This document shows, one piece after another, positions 40,379 to 49,747 of a stretch of DNA of 64,000 nt. The stretch is from the sequence record ON287370.1. One strand, written 5' to 3'. The position numbers and the translations under genes are program-made. Under the pieces are notes generated by a model, which was not told the origin of the DNA, searched no databases, and was given only the letters and a program-made list of their open reading frames with translations. Each line of letters begins with the position of its first letter. The stretch's first letter is position 1.

Positions 40379-41467
40379 TTAACGCCCACCAAACATTTTC
40401 ATGAGAGACGCTAAGTCAAGAGAAGTATCTTTCTTAGCAGTCACGGTAATTTCACGACGAGTATAAACTTCAGGACGAGAAGTCGCAGAAGAATAGAAGG
40501 TAAAGATACCCATGCCGTCATCAACAACAACGATGGTATTTGCCAGAACAGATTTACGGATCTTAGCGATACCTTTACTATCAAAGCCCACGCCCAGTTC
40601 CAGCTCAATGTTGCGAGCAGTATCTGCAGACATGACAATGGTGTTAGCTTCAGTGTTAACCGACATTACACCAGTACGCAGAGAAGCAATACGGTTCTTC
40701 TCAGCACGAGCGTTAGCTTCTGCGTAATAACCAGACAGGTCATCTTTACGGATGTTGAACTCACGTTTGATCTCATCAGTACCCATCAGGAACTCAGGAC
40801 CAGTGATCTCACCAGCACGCCACATCATAAAGCGGGCATACATACCGTCTTCAGGACGAGCAGCTTCAAAGATCGTTTGAAGATCATTTGCAGAGACTGG
40901 TACTGGAATTTGACGGAAGTTCAGCGGGAAGGTAACGTTGTGACCATCGATGAATACAGATGCTTCAACAGTACGACCAACAGCCAGAGGTTGGTATTCA
41001 GTCAGATCAGCCATTTGTTTACCATTAACGGTAACACGACCTTCTACAACCTGATTACCATTTTTACCTGATTTAGTCGCAGGAGCGCCGAAAGCTTCAG
41101 CACCAGCCAAGGACAACAGACCAGCACGACGTGGATTGATTGAATCAACCAACTGGCTAATCTTGATGCCATTGACTTCACCCTGCATAGACAGGTGAGT
41201 TAAGGTATCTTTAATATCGCGGATATTGATGACTTGCATCAGATCACTCATGTACTCCTGGTGGATCAGAGTGTCTTCAATAGCGACCATTGGTGCGATA
41301 AGGGTTTTGCCAGCTGACTGGGAAATACTGCCTGTTTTTAGGACATCATATGTCGCAGCAGCACCTTCCAATACCGTTTTAGCTACGTCTGCCTTATCCT
41401 TATTAGCGCCAAAGCTTTTGGCGAGCTGGGCGATCATCGGCCCAAAGGTAAGAATTTGAGGAATCAT
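40379..41467 (-). CDS. Head / inner-body protein (phiKZ gp89-like)
   Basis: 362 aa with a GAEA site and strong codon bias; first gene of the head operon, divergent from the baseplate genes. Confidence 0.55.
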   Translation of the reverse strand: MIPQILTFGPMIAQLAKSFGANKDKADVAKTVLEGAAATYDVLKTGSISQSAGKTLIAPMVAIEDTLIHQEYMSDLMQVINIRDIKDTLTHLSMQGEVNGIKISQLVDSINPRRAGLLSLAGAEAFGAPATKSGKNGNQVVEGRVTVNGKQMADLTEYQPLAVGRTVEASVFIDGHNVTFPLNFRQIPVPVSANDLQTIFEAARPEDGMYARFMMWRAGEITGPEFLMGTDEIKREFNIRKDDLSGYYAEANARAEKNRIASLRTGVMSVNTEANTIVMSADTARNIELELGVGFDSKGIAKIRKSVLANTIVVVDDGMGIFTFYSSATSRPEVYTRREITVTAKKDTSLDLASLMKMFGGR

Positions 41468-41492
41468 TACATGCTCCGTTCGAGGTTTATAT

Positions 41493-42578
41493 ATGGATCA
41501 AGATGAAAATAATTTTACAAATTATTCAGGGGAGAACCTAGAAAAGCGCAGAGAGATCTTTGACGCTAGCCTTTTGATGGGTACTTCACCTGGTTATACT
41601 TCACCACTTATCAATTCCTTAAGAGGACTAAGGATACTTGGTAAAGGCCCGGCAATGATGCCTTTGGCCGATAACACCATAGGATTGGCCCTTGTTACTC
41701 GACCGCAACTTAACTTAACCGATGATAATATCAGTCGGTCTGAAAAGTTAGTTAGCCTGTATGGTGCTGGACAATATAGCATGTCGGGTTACATTCGTGG
41801 AATGCTAGATGAACGTTGGGCTGCGAGTAATCCCAATGTTGCTCTAGATAACAAAATGCCATTCATTACGTGTTTAACTGAGTACCTAAAAACCTCTACT
41901 GGATTTGGGGACTTGCAACTTCAAATTGACACTTCAGATCCCGGCTTACGTCAGCAGGTTTATCAACGTGTTTCTAGTAAGCTTGAAGATAACAGTGCTT
42001 TCACTATTAACCAAACTTACTTCAACCCTAAACCTTCAGTTATACAAGGTCTGTTCCAAATCTGGGAAGATTACATTTCTGAAGTTGTTTCTGGGGATAG
42101 ACAGGTCTCTCCTCGCGATTGGTACTTACTGGCCAACCGTATAGATTATGACTGTCGCATCTATCACTTGATAATGAACAAAGATACAGAATATCTGGAA
42201 CATATCTTTGCTACTGTTCAATCCATCCCTGTAACTTACCCTGCTGGTTCTATTGCTGATATCGATAACACAACGAATACTCTTCGTGGTGAAGGTCAAG
42301 ATGATTTCACAATTCAATTTGCATCGGTAGGGATGAGATTCGATGAATGGGGTTTAATCCAGTCATTCAATGAACATTCATTTATGTACAACCCAAGACT
42401 TAGACCAGAAATGCGTAATACGTATTATCGTGAGTTAAATGCCAAAGAGTACATTCCTTACAACTATGGAGCCTATCCTTTATTACTTCCACGTCAAGGT
42501 GAAGTAAAAGGTGAGGGTGGTAGGACTTCTCTGCGTACTGGTATTAAACTGACCTGGTGGGTCCCTAAAACAGCATAA
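41493..42578 (+). CDS. Baseplate / tail-tube-fold structural protein (phiKZ gp88-like)
   Basis: 361 aa; the FTINQTYFN...LFQIWEDYI...DYDCRIYHLIM...PVTYP...FTIQF pattern follows the tail-tube (T4 gp19/gp48/gp54) fold layout. Confidence 0.55.
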   Translation: MDQDENNFTNYSGENLEKRREIFDASLLMGTSPGYTSPLINSLRGLRILGKGPAMMPLADNTIGLALVTRPQLNLTDDNISRSEKLVSLYGAGQYSMSGYIRGMLDERWAASNPNVALDNKMPFITCLTEYLKTSTGFGDLQLQIDTSDPGLRQQVYQRVSSKLEDNSAFTINQTYFNPKPSVIQGLFQIWEDYISEVVSGDRQVSPRDWYLLANRIDYDCRIYHLIMNKDTEYLEHIFATVQSIPVTYPAGSIADIDNTTNTLRGEGQDDFTIQFASVGMRFDEWGLIQSFNEHSFMYNPRLRPEMRNTYYRELNAKEYIPYNYGAYPLLLPRQGEVKGEGGRTSLRTGIKLTWWVPKTA

Positions 42579-42586
42579 GGTAGATT

Positions 42587-45574
42587 ATGGATTTCGATGA
42601 GTTAAATCGCATCGCCAATAACCCTGCTCGTGTTATCTCCACTGTCTTTAATGATATTGAAGCTAACTTTGAGCAAGGGTTTGGTACTCTTAATGGTTCT
42701 GGACATCCATTCAGCTATATGGTTGACTTGGTAGTAGGAACTAACTTCGGTTTCATTTCTCGACTGGGTGATACTGAAGCTCGTGGATATGCGGTACATG
42801 CACGTAACATTTCTGACTTAGCTCAGGTAATGGCAGATGAAGACTGGTATGGTGTATTTGCCGATCCATCCAGTACTGCTATTCGTTTTATTATCAGTGA
42901 TGAATCTCTTGATCGTTATTCTGTTCGTTATAATGACGTGAGTGCTAACCTGGATAACTCTTATCGTAAATTAGTTATTCCTGGTGATACTCGTTTCATG
43001 ATTGCAGATATTCCTTTCTTACTGGAAAATCCAGTTGAGATTCGTGTAATGGACCATGGCGGTTATCAGGTTGTTTATGATGTTGCAAGACAATCCCCAC
43101 TTAACCCTCTGAGTTCCAATACCCCGGATGTGGATTACTTGAATATTGATCGTCGTCAATATCTCTCGATTCATCTCCCACTGCGTCAGTTAGAGATCAC
43201 TGAATTACCAAACCGTCCAGTTAACCAGTCTTCTGGTTTCCGTGAACAAGTTCAGTTTGCTGACAGTCTTTATGCGGTACGTGCTTTCATTACACCTGAA
43301 GGTACCAACATCCGTAATGAAATGGCCGTTGTCTTTAACAATGACATTTACGATCCAGCACAGCCAACCTTAACGATCGATCTGCAAGACACTAATGGTA
43401 CCACCGATTTAGGTACTGGTAGTTTCGTAGCATCTCTTCCTTCTGTCTATGTTCAAAATGGAACTGGCATCGGTCGTATCACTATTTTAGTTTATACAAC
43501 GAAAGGTCAGTACTATCGTGACTTGACTACGTTGAAAGCTCAATACCACAGTGCTGAGTATTATAACTATAATAATGACAAAGGTAAGCTGAACCAATAC
43601 GAAGCTCCTTTCCGTTCTATCAACGACGTATTGATCGATTCACTTGAACCAATTACTGGTGGTCGTAACTCCATGCCGTTCCCCCAATTGAAGGAACAGA
43701 TGATCTATGGACACCGTCGTCGTTTGATCCCAGTAAGTAACTCTGATGTGTCGCAGTTCTTGCTGGAGAATGGTTACTCTTCTGTTAAGTCAATTGACCA
43801 GGTCACAAGCCGTCTGTATCGCGTTACCAAGAACTTACCACTGCAAGATGATAAACTGTATCAGGATGATACTGTTGCTCGCTTTAACAGTTCTATCGGT
43901 ACTCACGTTGGTTCATTGACAACTTCTCTGGAAAGTATGATCGGGACTGGTTGGGGTATTGATAATGGTAAGCGCGTTACTCTGTTAGCACGTTCCGTAT
44001 TCGACATTACTCAACAAACTCCATTCTTAGTCACTAAGACCGACTATAATACATTAATGGGTTTGTCTAACCAAGGTAAGATTGACGCACTTGCTAACAA
44101 GACAATGTGTTATAACCCATTTGCATATGTAATCGATACAACTCAGGATCGTGTTGCTTGTCGTATTTATCGTCTGTCTAAACCTACGATCAAATATCAG
44201 ACCTTCCGGTTTGAGAACGTTAACTTGGGTGTACAAGTTGGTGTTGGTGCGGTTACTGTCAAAGCAACTGATAAAGATTATCAGATTGAAATCAGAACTC
44301 AGTCCAGTGAAGCTTATAAGAAGATCCCTGACAACCAGTTAGGTGTCCAGCTTAGTCTGACTCCTACCGGTACAACTTCACCTGCTACGGCTCGTGCAGA
44401 ATACCTAGGTAAGACTGAGGAAGGTGAGCGTATCTTCAGATTCACCATGCCTACTCGTTTTGATGTCGATTCTAATGATCAGATCGATTTGGGTGGCTTC
44501 AATCAGTTCGGTCGTCAACAAGAGAAAACTTATGTTGACTTGGATACTGTTGCTAACTTCATCTTTACTTATAGCGGTAAGAACTTAGAGCTGAAGTCAG
44601 CTTCTGATATGAAGATTGACCAGACACTGTTTAAGTCAACGACTATCGCCATGATCGAAACTGATTATGTTCTTGAGTTTGGTCGTCAGCTTAAATCTCT
44701 TTACACTCGTATTCGTCCTATTACTGGTCTTGCTCAGTATAAGAAATATACTGCTAACGTTCCTGCAGTCTATGAAGAAACCGAGTATAAGTATGAGACG
44801 GTGATTGTCAATGGTAAACCAATGCAACAATTGGTTATTGATCCTAAGACTAATCTGCCAATCATCACCCATAAGAAAGGTGAACAACGATTCACTCCAG
44901 ATGGTAAGCCTGTTTGGAAATTCACTAAAGGTCAGACAGTCTATAATGACTTGGGTGAACCTGTATTGTTAGAACCTCGCAAGATGTTGTACTACTTTGA
45001 CTTCATCGGGTTCGACTTTAACTACATGGTTTCTCAAGACGAATACGATACTGACTATATGGATCGTATCGATGACTTCTTCGTTGATGAAGTTATTGCT
45101 CAGTTGGATCAATTCAACAAGATTACTCTTGATGAAACCAGACTGGTGTTCAAACCTCGTTCTACTATGGGTTACACTCGTTGTATTATCAACGAAGCTA
45201 TCGAGCGCATGCTCAAAACCGATCTGTCGTTCACCGTTACCTATTCTCTTACCAGAGAAGGTCTGCGTAATCAGAACCTCAAAGATAACCTGGTTATTGC
45301 AACTCACCGCATTCTTAACACGATTCTTCGTAATGATACTGTCAGTGTCAGTGAAGCTATCACGGAACTTAAGACTGCAGGTGGTAGTGATGTTATTGAT
45401 GTTAAAGTTACCTCTTCTGCAGGTACTTCGGCAATCGATATCATTACTAACGTTGATACTACGAACGGTTTCTCTGTACGTAAAGTGATTGACCAAACTG
45501 CTGACCGTTATCTGTCTATTAAAGAAGATATCGATATTCAGTTCAAACGTCACATGCCAGAAAACATGAACTAA
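42587..45574 (+). CDS. Baseplate wedge-like large structural protein (phiKZ gp87 / SPN3US gp48-like)
   Basis: 995 aa, co-transcribed with the tube-fold protein; recalled synteny. Confidence 0.55.
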   Translation: MDFDELNRIANNPARVISTVFNDIEANFEQGFGTLNGSGHPFSYMVDLVVGTNFGFISRLGDTEARGYAVHARNISDLAQVMADEDWYGVFADPSSTAIRFIISDESLDRYSVRYNDVSANLDNSYRKLVIPGDTRFMIADIPFLLENPVEIRVMDHGGYQVVYDVARQSPLNPLSSNTPDVDYLNIDRRQYLSIHLPLRQLEITELPNRPVNQSSGFREQVQFADSLYAVRAFITPEGTNIRNEMAVVFNNDIYDPAQPTLTIDLQDTNGTTDLGTGSFVASLPSVYVQNGTGIGRITILVYTTKGQYYRDLTTLKAQYHSAEYYNYNNDKGKLNQYEAPFRSINDVLIDSLEPITGGRNSMPFPQLKEQMIYGHRRRLIPVSNSDVSQFLLENGYSSVKSIDQVTSRLYRVTKNLPLQDDKLYQDDTVARFNSSIGTHVGSLTTSLESMIGTGWGIDNGKRVTLLARSVFDITQQTPFLVTKTDYNTLMGLSNQGKIDALANKTMCYNPFAYVIDTTQDRVACRIYRLSKPTIKYQTFRFENVNLGVQVGVGAVTVKATDKDYQIEIRTQSSEAYKKIPDNQLGVQLSLTPTGTTSPATARAEYLGKTEEGERIFRFTMPTRFDVDSNDQIDLGGFNQFGRQQEKTYVDLDTVANFIFTYSGKNLELKSASDMKIDQTLFKSTTIAMIETDYVLEFGRQLKSLYTRIRPITGLAQYKKYTANVPAVYEETEYKYETVIVNGKPMQQLVIDPKTNLPIITHKKGEQRFTPDGKPVWKFTKGQTVYNDLGEPVLLEPRKMLYYFDFIGFDFNYMVSQDEYDTDYMDRIDDFFVDEVIAQLDQFNKITLDETRLVFKPRSTMGYTRCIINEAIERMLKTDLSFTVTYSLTREGLRNQNLKDNLVIATHRILNTILRNDTVSVSEAITELKTAGGSDVIDVKVTSSAGTSAIDIITNVDTTNGFSVRKVIDQTADRYLSIKEDIDIQFKRHMPENMN

Positions 45575-45582
45575 TCATATCC

Positions 45583-45610
45583 CCCTACCCCTCCGTAAGG
45601 AAGGGTAGGG
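45583..45610. terminator. Bidirectional terminator, conserved hairpin family
   Basis: CCCTACCCCTCC-GTAA-GGAAGGGTAGGG between convergent genes. Confidence 0.8.
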
Positions 45611-45621
45611 AGTATGTTTGT

Positions 45622-46275
45622 TTAGAACACTAAGAAGCTTTCCAGATATTCCAGATAGGAACACAGAGAACGAATAACATTCAAGTTGTCAAGTTCCATA
45701 CCAGCATAAGTGGTATCGGACCATTCAACGATACGTTTCTCATTCTTAATGCCATCGGTCAGTTCTTCCAGCGTTGTAGTGAGATAGTTGGTCCATTTGT
45801 ATGGTTCAACATTAGCCCACTGTTCTGCCGTAATAGGAGTCTGCAGAGAGTAACTAGTTGCTGTAATCAAACGAGCTACTGCACGCCGCAGATAAACCTG
45901 ACGTTCTGGTCTGTCTTCAAGGGTGGTTTCTTGAATACGTTTAGACATATCCAGGATATAGTCGGCAACTTTAGTCATGATCATCAGACGAGCGTCGATC
46001 AGAGCTTTGTTGTACCCTTTGGTTATAGGATGACTGAGAATGAAGTCAGCAGCCTTCAGAGAGTTACCAGTTGTCTTGGAAGACAGTAACTGGATGGCTA
46101 GTTGATTCTTGCCAGCGATCTCTGGTAAGTTAAAGACATCTTCAATAAAGGAGATGATCCCTTTCTTACAACGAGGTTGAGAAACAAAGTCACTAACATA
46201 GTCGGTGAACTTATTATATTTCTCTTGATCGAGATACAGTTGGTCAAGAAGCGCAATGATTTCTTCTTTCTGCAT
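45622..46275 (-). CDS. Hypothetical protein
   Basis: ATG 46275 with an AAAGGT SD, 1 nt after the upstream stop. Confidence 0.6.
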   Translation of the reverse strand: MQKEEIIALLDQLYLDQEKYNKFTDYVSDFVSQPRCKKGIISFIEDVFNLPEIAGKNQLAIQLLSSKTTGNSLKAADFILSHPITKGYNKALIDARLMIMTKVADYILDMSKRIQETTLEDRPERQVYLRRAVARLITATSYSLQTPITAEQWANVEPYKWTNYLTTTLEELTDGIKNEKRIVEWSDTTYAGMELDNLNVIRSLCSYLEYLESFLVF

Positions 46276-46276
46276 T

Positions 46277-47857
46277 TTAAATACCTTTAGCAATGCCGAT
46301 CTTTTTCAGTTCTTCATTGATGCTGTTGATGATCCCGATGTTCTTCTTACGGAAGTTCATAACTTGACCACGCCATGCTTCAAGGATACCGGACAGTTTA
46401 GGATGCTTGTTAATAAACAATGCATCATAATCCACATCCAGAGTAGAACGTTTACGTTCACCACCATTTTCAGCACGAACTTCATCAATAGCTTCTGGAG
46501 GGAGAACCAAAGCTTCAGTATCCAAAATGTTCTTAACATCGCGACTGATATAAGCAAGCATCAGTTTATCAACTTTGTTAGCCCAGTTAACGATACCGGC
46601 AATAGAACGACGAACCTGAGAAACGATGGTAATCAGATATTCCAACTGACTGATGTAACGAGTGATCAAACCAGAGTAAGCTGAGTAGCTTGCGGTAAGA
46701 ACACCAGAACCTGGAGCAAATGCTTCAACAGCTTGTACCAACTCTGCATCTTTCACTTCGATCAGCGATTTAAGATTAGCCAGTTGATTTGCATCGTAGC
46801 GTTTCTTAGAAGAGTTCAGCAGGATTTTACCAAGCTTGCTAGCTACGTTACGGTAGTCTTGATAAAACTCTTCATTCAGGCGTACTTTGGTAGTTGCTTC
46901 AATGGCAGCACGGTTTTGTTCCATGACGGCTTTGAAGTTGGTTTCAATACCAATGTCACCCAGATCCAGACCCCAGACTTTCTTAACGATATCGGATACC
47001 ATATCAGCCAGTGGTTTGGCATCAAGTTCTTCCAGAATCTCACGGTCAAGTGCATGGCGATATTCAAGAATATCTGCTTCACTGAAAGTATCTTTGTTCT
47101 TGAAAGCTTGTTCCAGTTTACGAGTAGCCTGCTGATAACGACTTGCAGAACCACGAGCACGCTGGCCAGCAGACAAGATAACTTCTTCAGCACGTTCCAG
47201 ATCTTTATTTACATTAGTCAAAGCTTCTGCTTGTTGTAAAGTAGTTCTGTTTTTGTGTTGAATGATAGTGAATGCATCTTGAGCGGATAAGTTACCTGGG
47301 AGGGCAGCAAAGAGTTCTGGTGCATCAAGCTTGACACCATCTTCATTAGCCATCATAGCCAGAAGTTTAGCCAACTTAACTTTAACAGAATCAGAGTACT
47401 CAGCAACAATGGCCAGTTCCTTCTCGGTCTTCTCGAAACCAAGCAAAGTACGAACACGCAGAACGATCCAATCTACTACTGCAATGCAGAAACGTTTAAC
47501 TGCTTTGATGATAGTGATGAAACCTTTCTTCAGAGTTTCCAGGAATGATTCAGCACCTTTAACAGCATTGATGCGATCGTAACCAGGAACCAAACCTTCC
47601 ACACCATCAATACGCAGAGCGCTGAATGCACTTTTACTCAGACGTTTGCTTTTGATATATGCACGGCAGTTATCTACAACCTGTTGGAAGGACTCCTGAC
47701 CAGTTGTACTATAAACGTCGTCCAGTGAGATGTATTCTTCCCCATCCTTACCACGAGTAATGGTATCTACTTTATTAGTAGGTGTATGAGGAGCAAGCTG
47801 GAGTACAGACCCCAGCTCTACAGAATCATCATCTTTAACTTGTTTAACTTCAGACAT
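46277..47857 (-). CDS. Internal head (ejection) protein (SPN3US gp47 / phiKZ gp86-like)
   Basis: 526 aa; GQE, GVE and GAE sites in the first 103 aa, followed by an amphipathic helix. Confidence 0.65.
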   Translation of the reverse strand: MSEVKQVKDDDSVELGSVLQLAPHTPTNKVDTITRGKDGEEYISLDDVYSTTGQESFQQVVDNCRAYIKSKRLSKSAFSALRIDGVEGLVPGYDRINAVKGAESFLETLKKGFITIIKAVKRFCIAVVDWIVLRVRTLLGFEKTEKELAIVAEYSDSVKVKLAKLLAMMANEDGVKLDAPELFAALPGNLSAQDAFTIIQHKNRTTLQQAEALTNVNKDLERAEEVILSAGQRARGSASRYQQATRKLEQAFKNKDTFSEADILEYRHALDREILEELDAKPLADMVSDIVKKVWGLDLGDIGIETNFKAVMEQNRAAIEATTKVRLNEEFYQDYRNVASKLGKILLNSSKKRYDANQLANLKSLIEVKDAELVQAVEAFAPGSGVLTASYSAYSGLITRYISQLEYLITIVSQVRRSIAGIVNWANKVDKLMLAYISRDVKNILDTEALVLPPEAIDEVRAENGGERKRSTLDVDYDALFINKHPKLSGILEAWRGQVMNFRKKNIGIINSINEELKKIGIAKGI

Positions 47858-47871
47858 GATGATTCCTTATA

Positions 47872-48306
47872 TTAAACGATCTGATCGGTTTCCATGAACT
47901 GAGGAAGCTTATAGTTAGCTTCATCAACTAACTGCTGGACCAGAGACTTATAAGTTTCCAGTTCAGTGTATTCCAAATCAGCTGGGTTCTCTACATAAGG
48001 AACGATCTGAATCTTTAGCACACAATCAGTGAAAGTGTGTTGCAGGAAGTTATCCAGATTGCGGAAGAAGTCACCGATGGTCTTCATAACGATCAGACCG
48101 TTAACAGGTGTGGTTTCATTCCAGTAACTCAGCACATAACGGTTAAACTCGATGCACTGTTCTTCATCCAGTTTATTGGAAGTGTTAACAGTAATCAGAG
48201 CTTTAACATAGGCAGTACGAGCGATAGCGATTTGAGTCTCAGGGTTAGTTACACCCTCAGCGATCAGGTTCTGTTTCAGTTTTACAATGTGAGCTAAGTG
48301 ACTCAT
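47872..48306 (-). CDS. Small head protein (gp46/gp85-like)
   Basis: 144 aa ORF in-operon, SD AAGGA. Confidence 0.6.
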   Translation of the reverse strand: MSHLAHIVKLKQNLIAEGVTNPETQIAIARTAYVKALITVNTSNKLDEEQCIEFNRYVLSYWNETTPVNGLIVMKTIGDFFRNLDNFLQHTFTDCVLKIQIVPYVENPADLEYTELETYKSLVQQLVDEANYKLPQFMETDQIV

Positions 48307-48315
48307 GATAAATCC

Positions 48316-49716
48316 TTAAAAGGCATCTTTATAGATAGACAGAGAATGGGCAACCAGTTCATCTGTATAGTGTTCAAACTCAGCGGCTTTGAAATCACTG
48401 CCAGAGAAGATCCAACCCAACAGACGTTGAACCGCAGTACCTTCAAAGAAAGGTTTGGATTCAGAGATCATTTCTTCCAACTCTTTAGCATCTTTCAGCA
48501 TTTGAGCTTTGGTGCGGTTATCAATATATTTGGCACCATTCAGAGCGATGATCTGATCGCGTAGCAGGTTCTTCACTCGACGATAAGGGGAGTCGTAAAG
48601 TTCATTAGGGTTAACCATTGCGTGGGCATGGAGTAAACCTGACAGTACACCGATAACTGCTGACAATACAGCGAATACTGGCATTACAGCAATAGCAGAA
48701 GCAATAGCAACGCTGGTCATAGAGATACTGAAACGTTTCAGGATATCACCATAGTCCAGAGCCAACAGAGCACCTACCAGTGCTTTAGGGACGCCGCAAC
48801 GTACTGCGAACAGATCGGCATAGATTTCAGCACCACGGTCAGTTGCACCCAATGACAGAGTACGACGAATATCGCGAGTGTTGATGGCTTTATCAAACAT
48901 CACGATGATTTCCTGACCACCCATTTTATCCAGTTCTTCTACAGTTGGACGAGTAGTACATTCCAACTCGCTCAAAGTCTGGTGGATAATGGCGGAACGC
49001 TCTTTACCGTATTTGCGACCATCAATGACCATGCGAGCAGCAATAGCTGGCATAATAGTGTCAATGACATTACGAGTTACAAACAGGAAGGAAGTAAAGA
49101 TATGGCCTACTTCATGAAGCAGGAAGGCAGCGACACCTTCTGACATGGTGAGGTTATACCGACTCAGGATATTTGACTTCAAGAATGAATCGATATATTT
49201 GCTAGTATAAAGGGTAAAGGTAACTTTACTGTAATCGCCACCAACTTTACCTTTGGCTGTATCAACCCAACCCCTCAGTACATCAGTACGGAGACGACGG
49301 AATGCACGACCGATATTACTATCGGAAGGATTCATTACACCGTCAAGACCTTTATTGTTGAATACGTGGTTAGGACTAAACCAACCAGAATCAACAGCCA
49401 TGTTGTCAACGGTTTCAGATGGTGCACGAACATCGGTCTTAATACCAAAGGTATTAAAGATAAGTTCTTCAATAGCGATGAGTGTATCACGTCCACCAGT
49501 AAAGGCAACGCGGTTACCATTTTCGGTAACTTCATCAACCAGGGTTTTATTGAAGATGCTAACCAAATCGAGGTAGCACTTCTGGTCCTGGTAATCCATA
49601 AATTCCACACCAGCTACGGTGATCGGCCGTGGCGGTTGAAGGAAATCGATTCCTAACATATGAGTAAAACTCCGGAGTAATTTAAAAGGGCAAGCTGAAT
49701 AGTTTAGAAAATTCAA
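48316..49716 (-). CDS. Head protein with a zinc metallopeptidase (HExxH...ExxAD) signature (SPN3US gp45 / phiKZ gp84-like)
   Basis: LLHEVGH (49116-49102), later EIYADLFA...G (48828-48814), then a long hydrophobic segment; GVE site near the N-terminus. Confidence 0.6.
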   Translation of the reverse strand: MNFLNYSACPFKLLRSFTHMLGIDFLQPPRPITVAGVEFMDYQDQKCYLDLVSIFNKTLVDEVTENGNRVAFTGGRDTLIAIEELIFNTFGIKTDVRAPSETVDNMAVDSGWFSPNHVFNNKGLDGVMNPSDSNIGRAFRRLRTDVLRGWVDTAKGKVGGDYSKVTFTLYTSKYIDSFLKSNILSRYNLTMSEGVAAFLLHEVGHIFTSFLFVTRNVIDTIMPAIAARMVIDGRKYGKERSAIIHQTLSELECTTRPTVEELDKMGGQEIIVMFDKAINTRDIRRTLSLGATDRGAEIYADLFAVRCGVPKALVGALLALDYGDILKRFSISMTSVAIASAIAVMPVFAVLSAVIGVLSGLLHAHAMVNPNELYDSPYRRVKNLLRDQIIALNGAKYIDNRTKAQMLKDAKELEEMISESKPFFEGTAVQRLLGWIFSGSDFKAAEFEHYTDELVAHSLSIYKDAF

Positions 49717-49747
49717 CTTAAGACGTCATAACATTCGGGTATTTATA

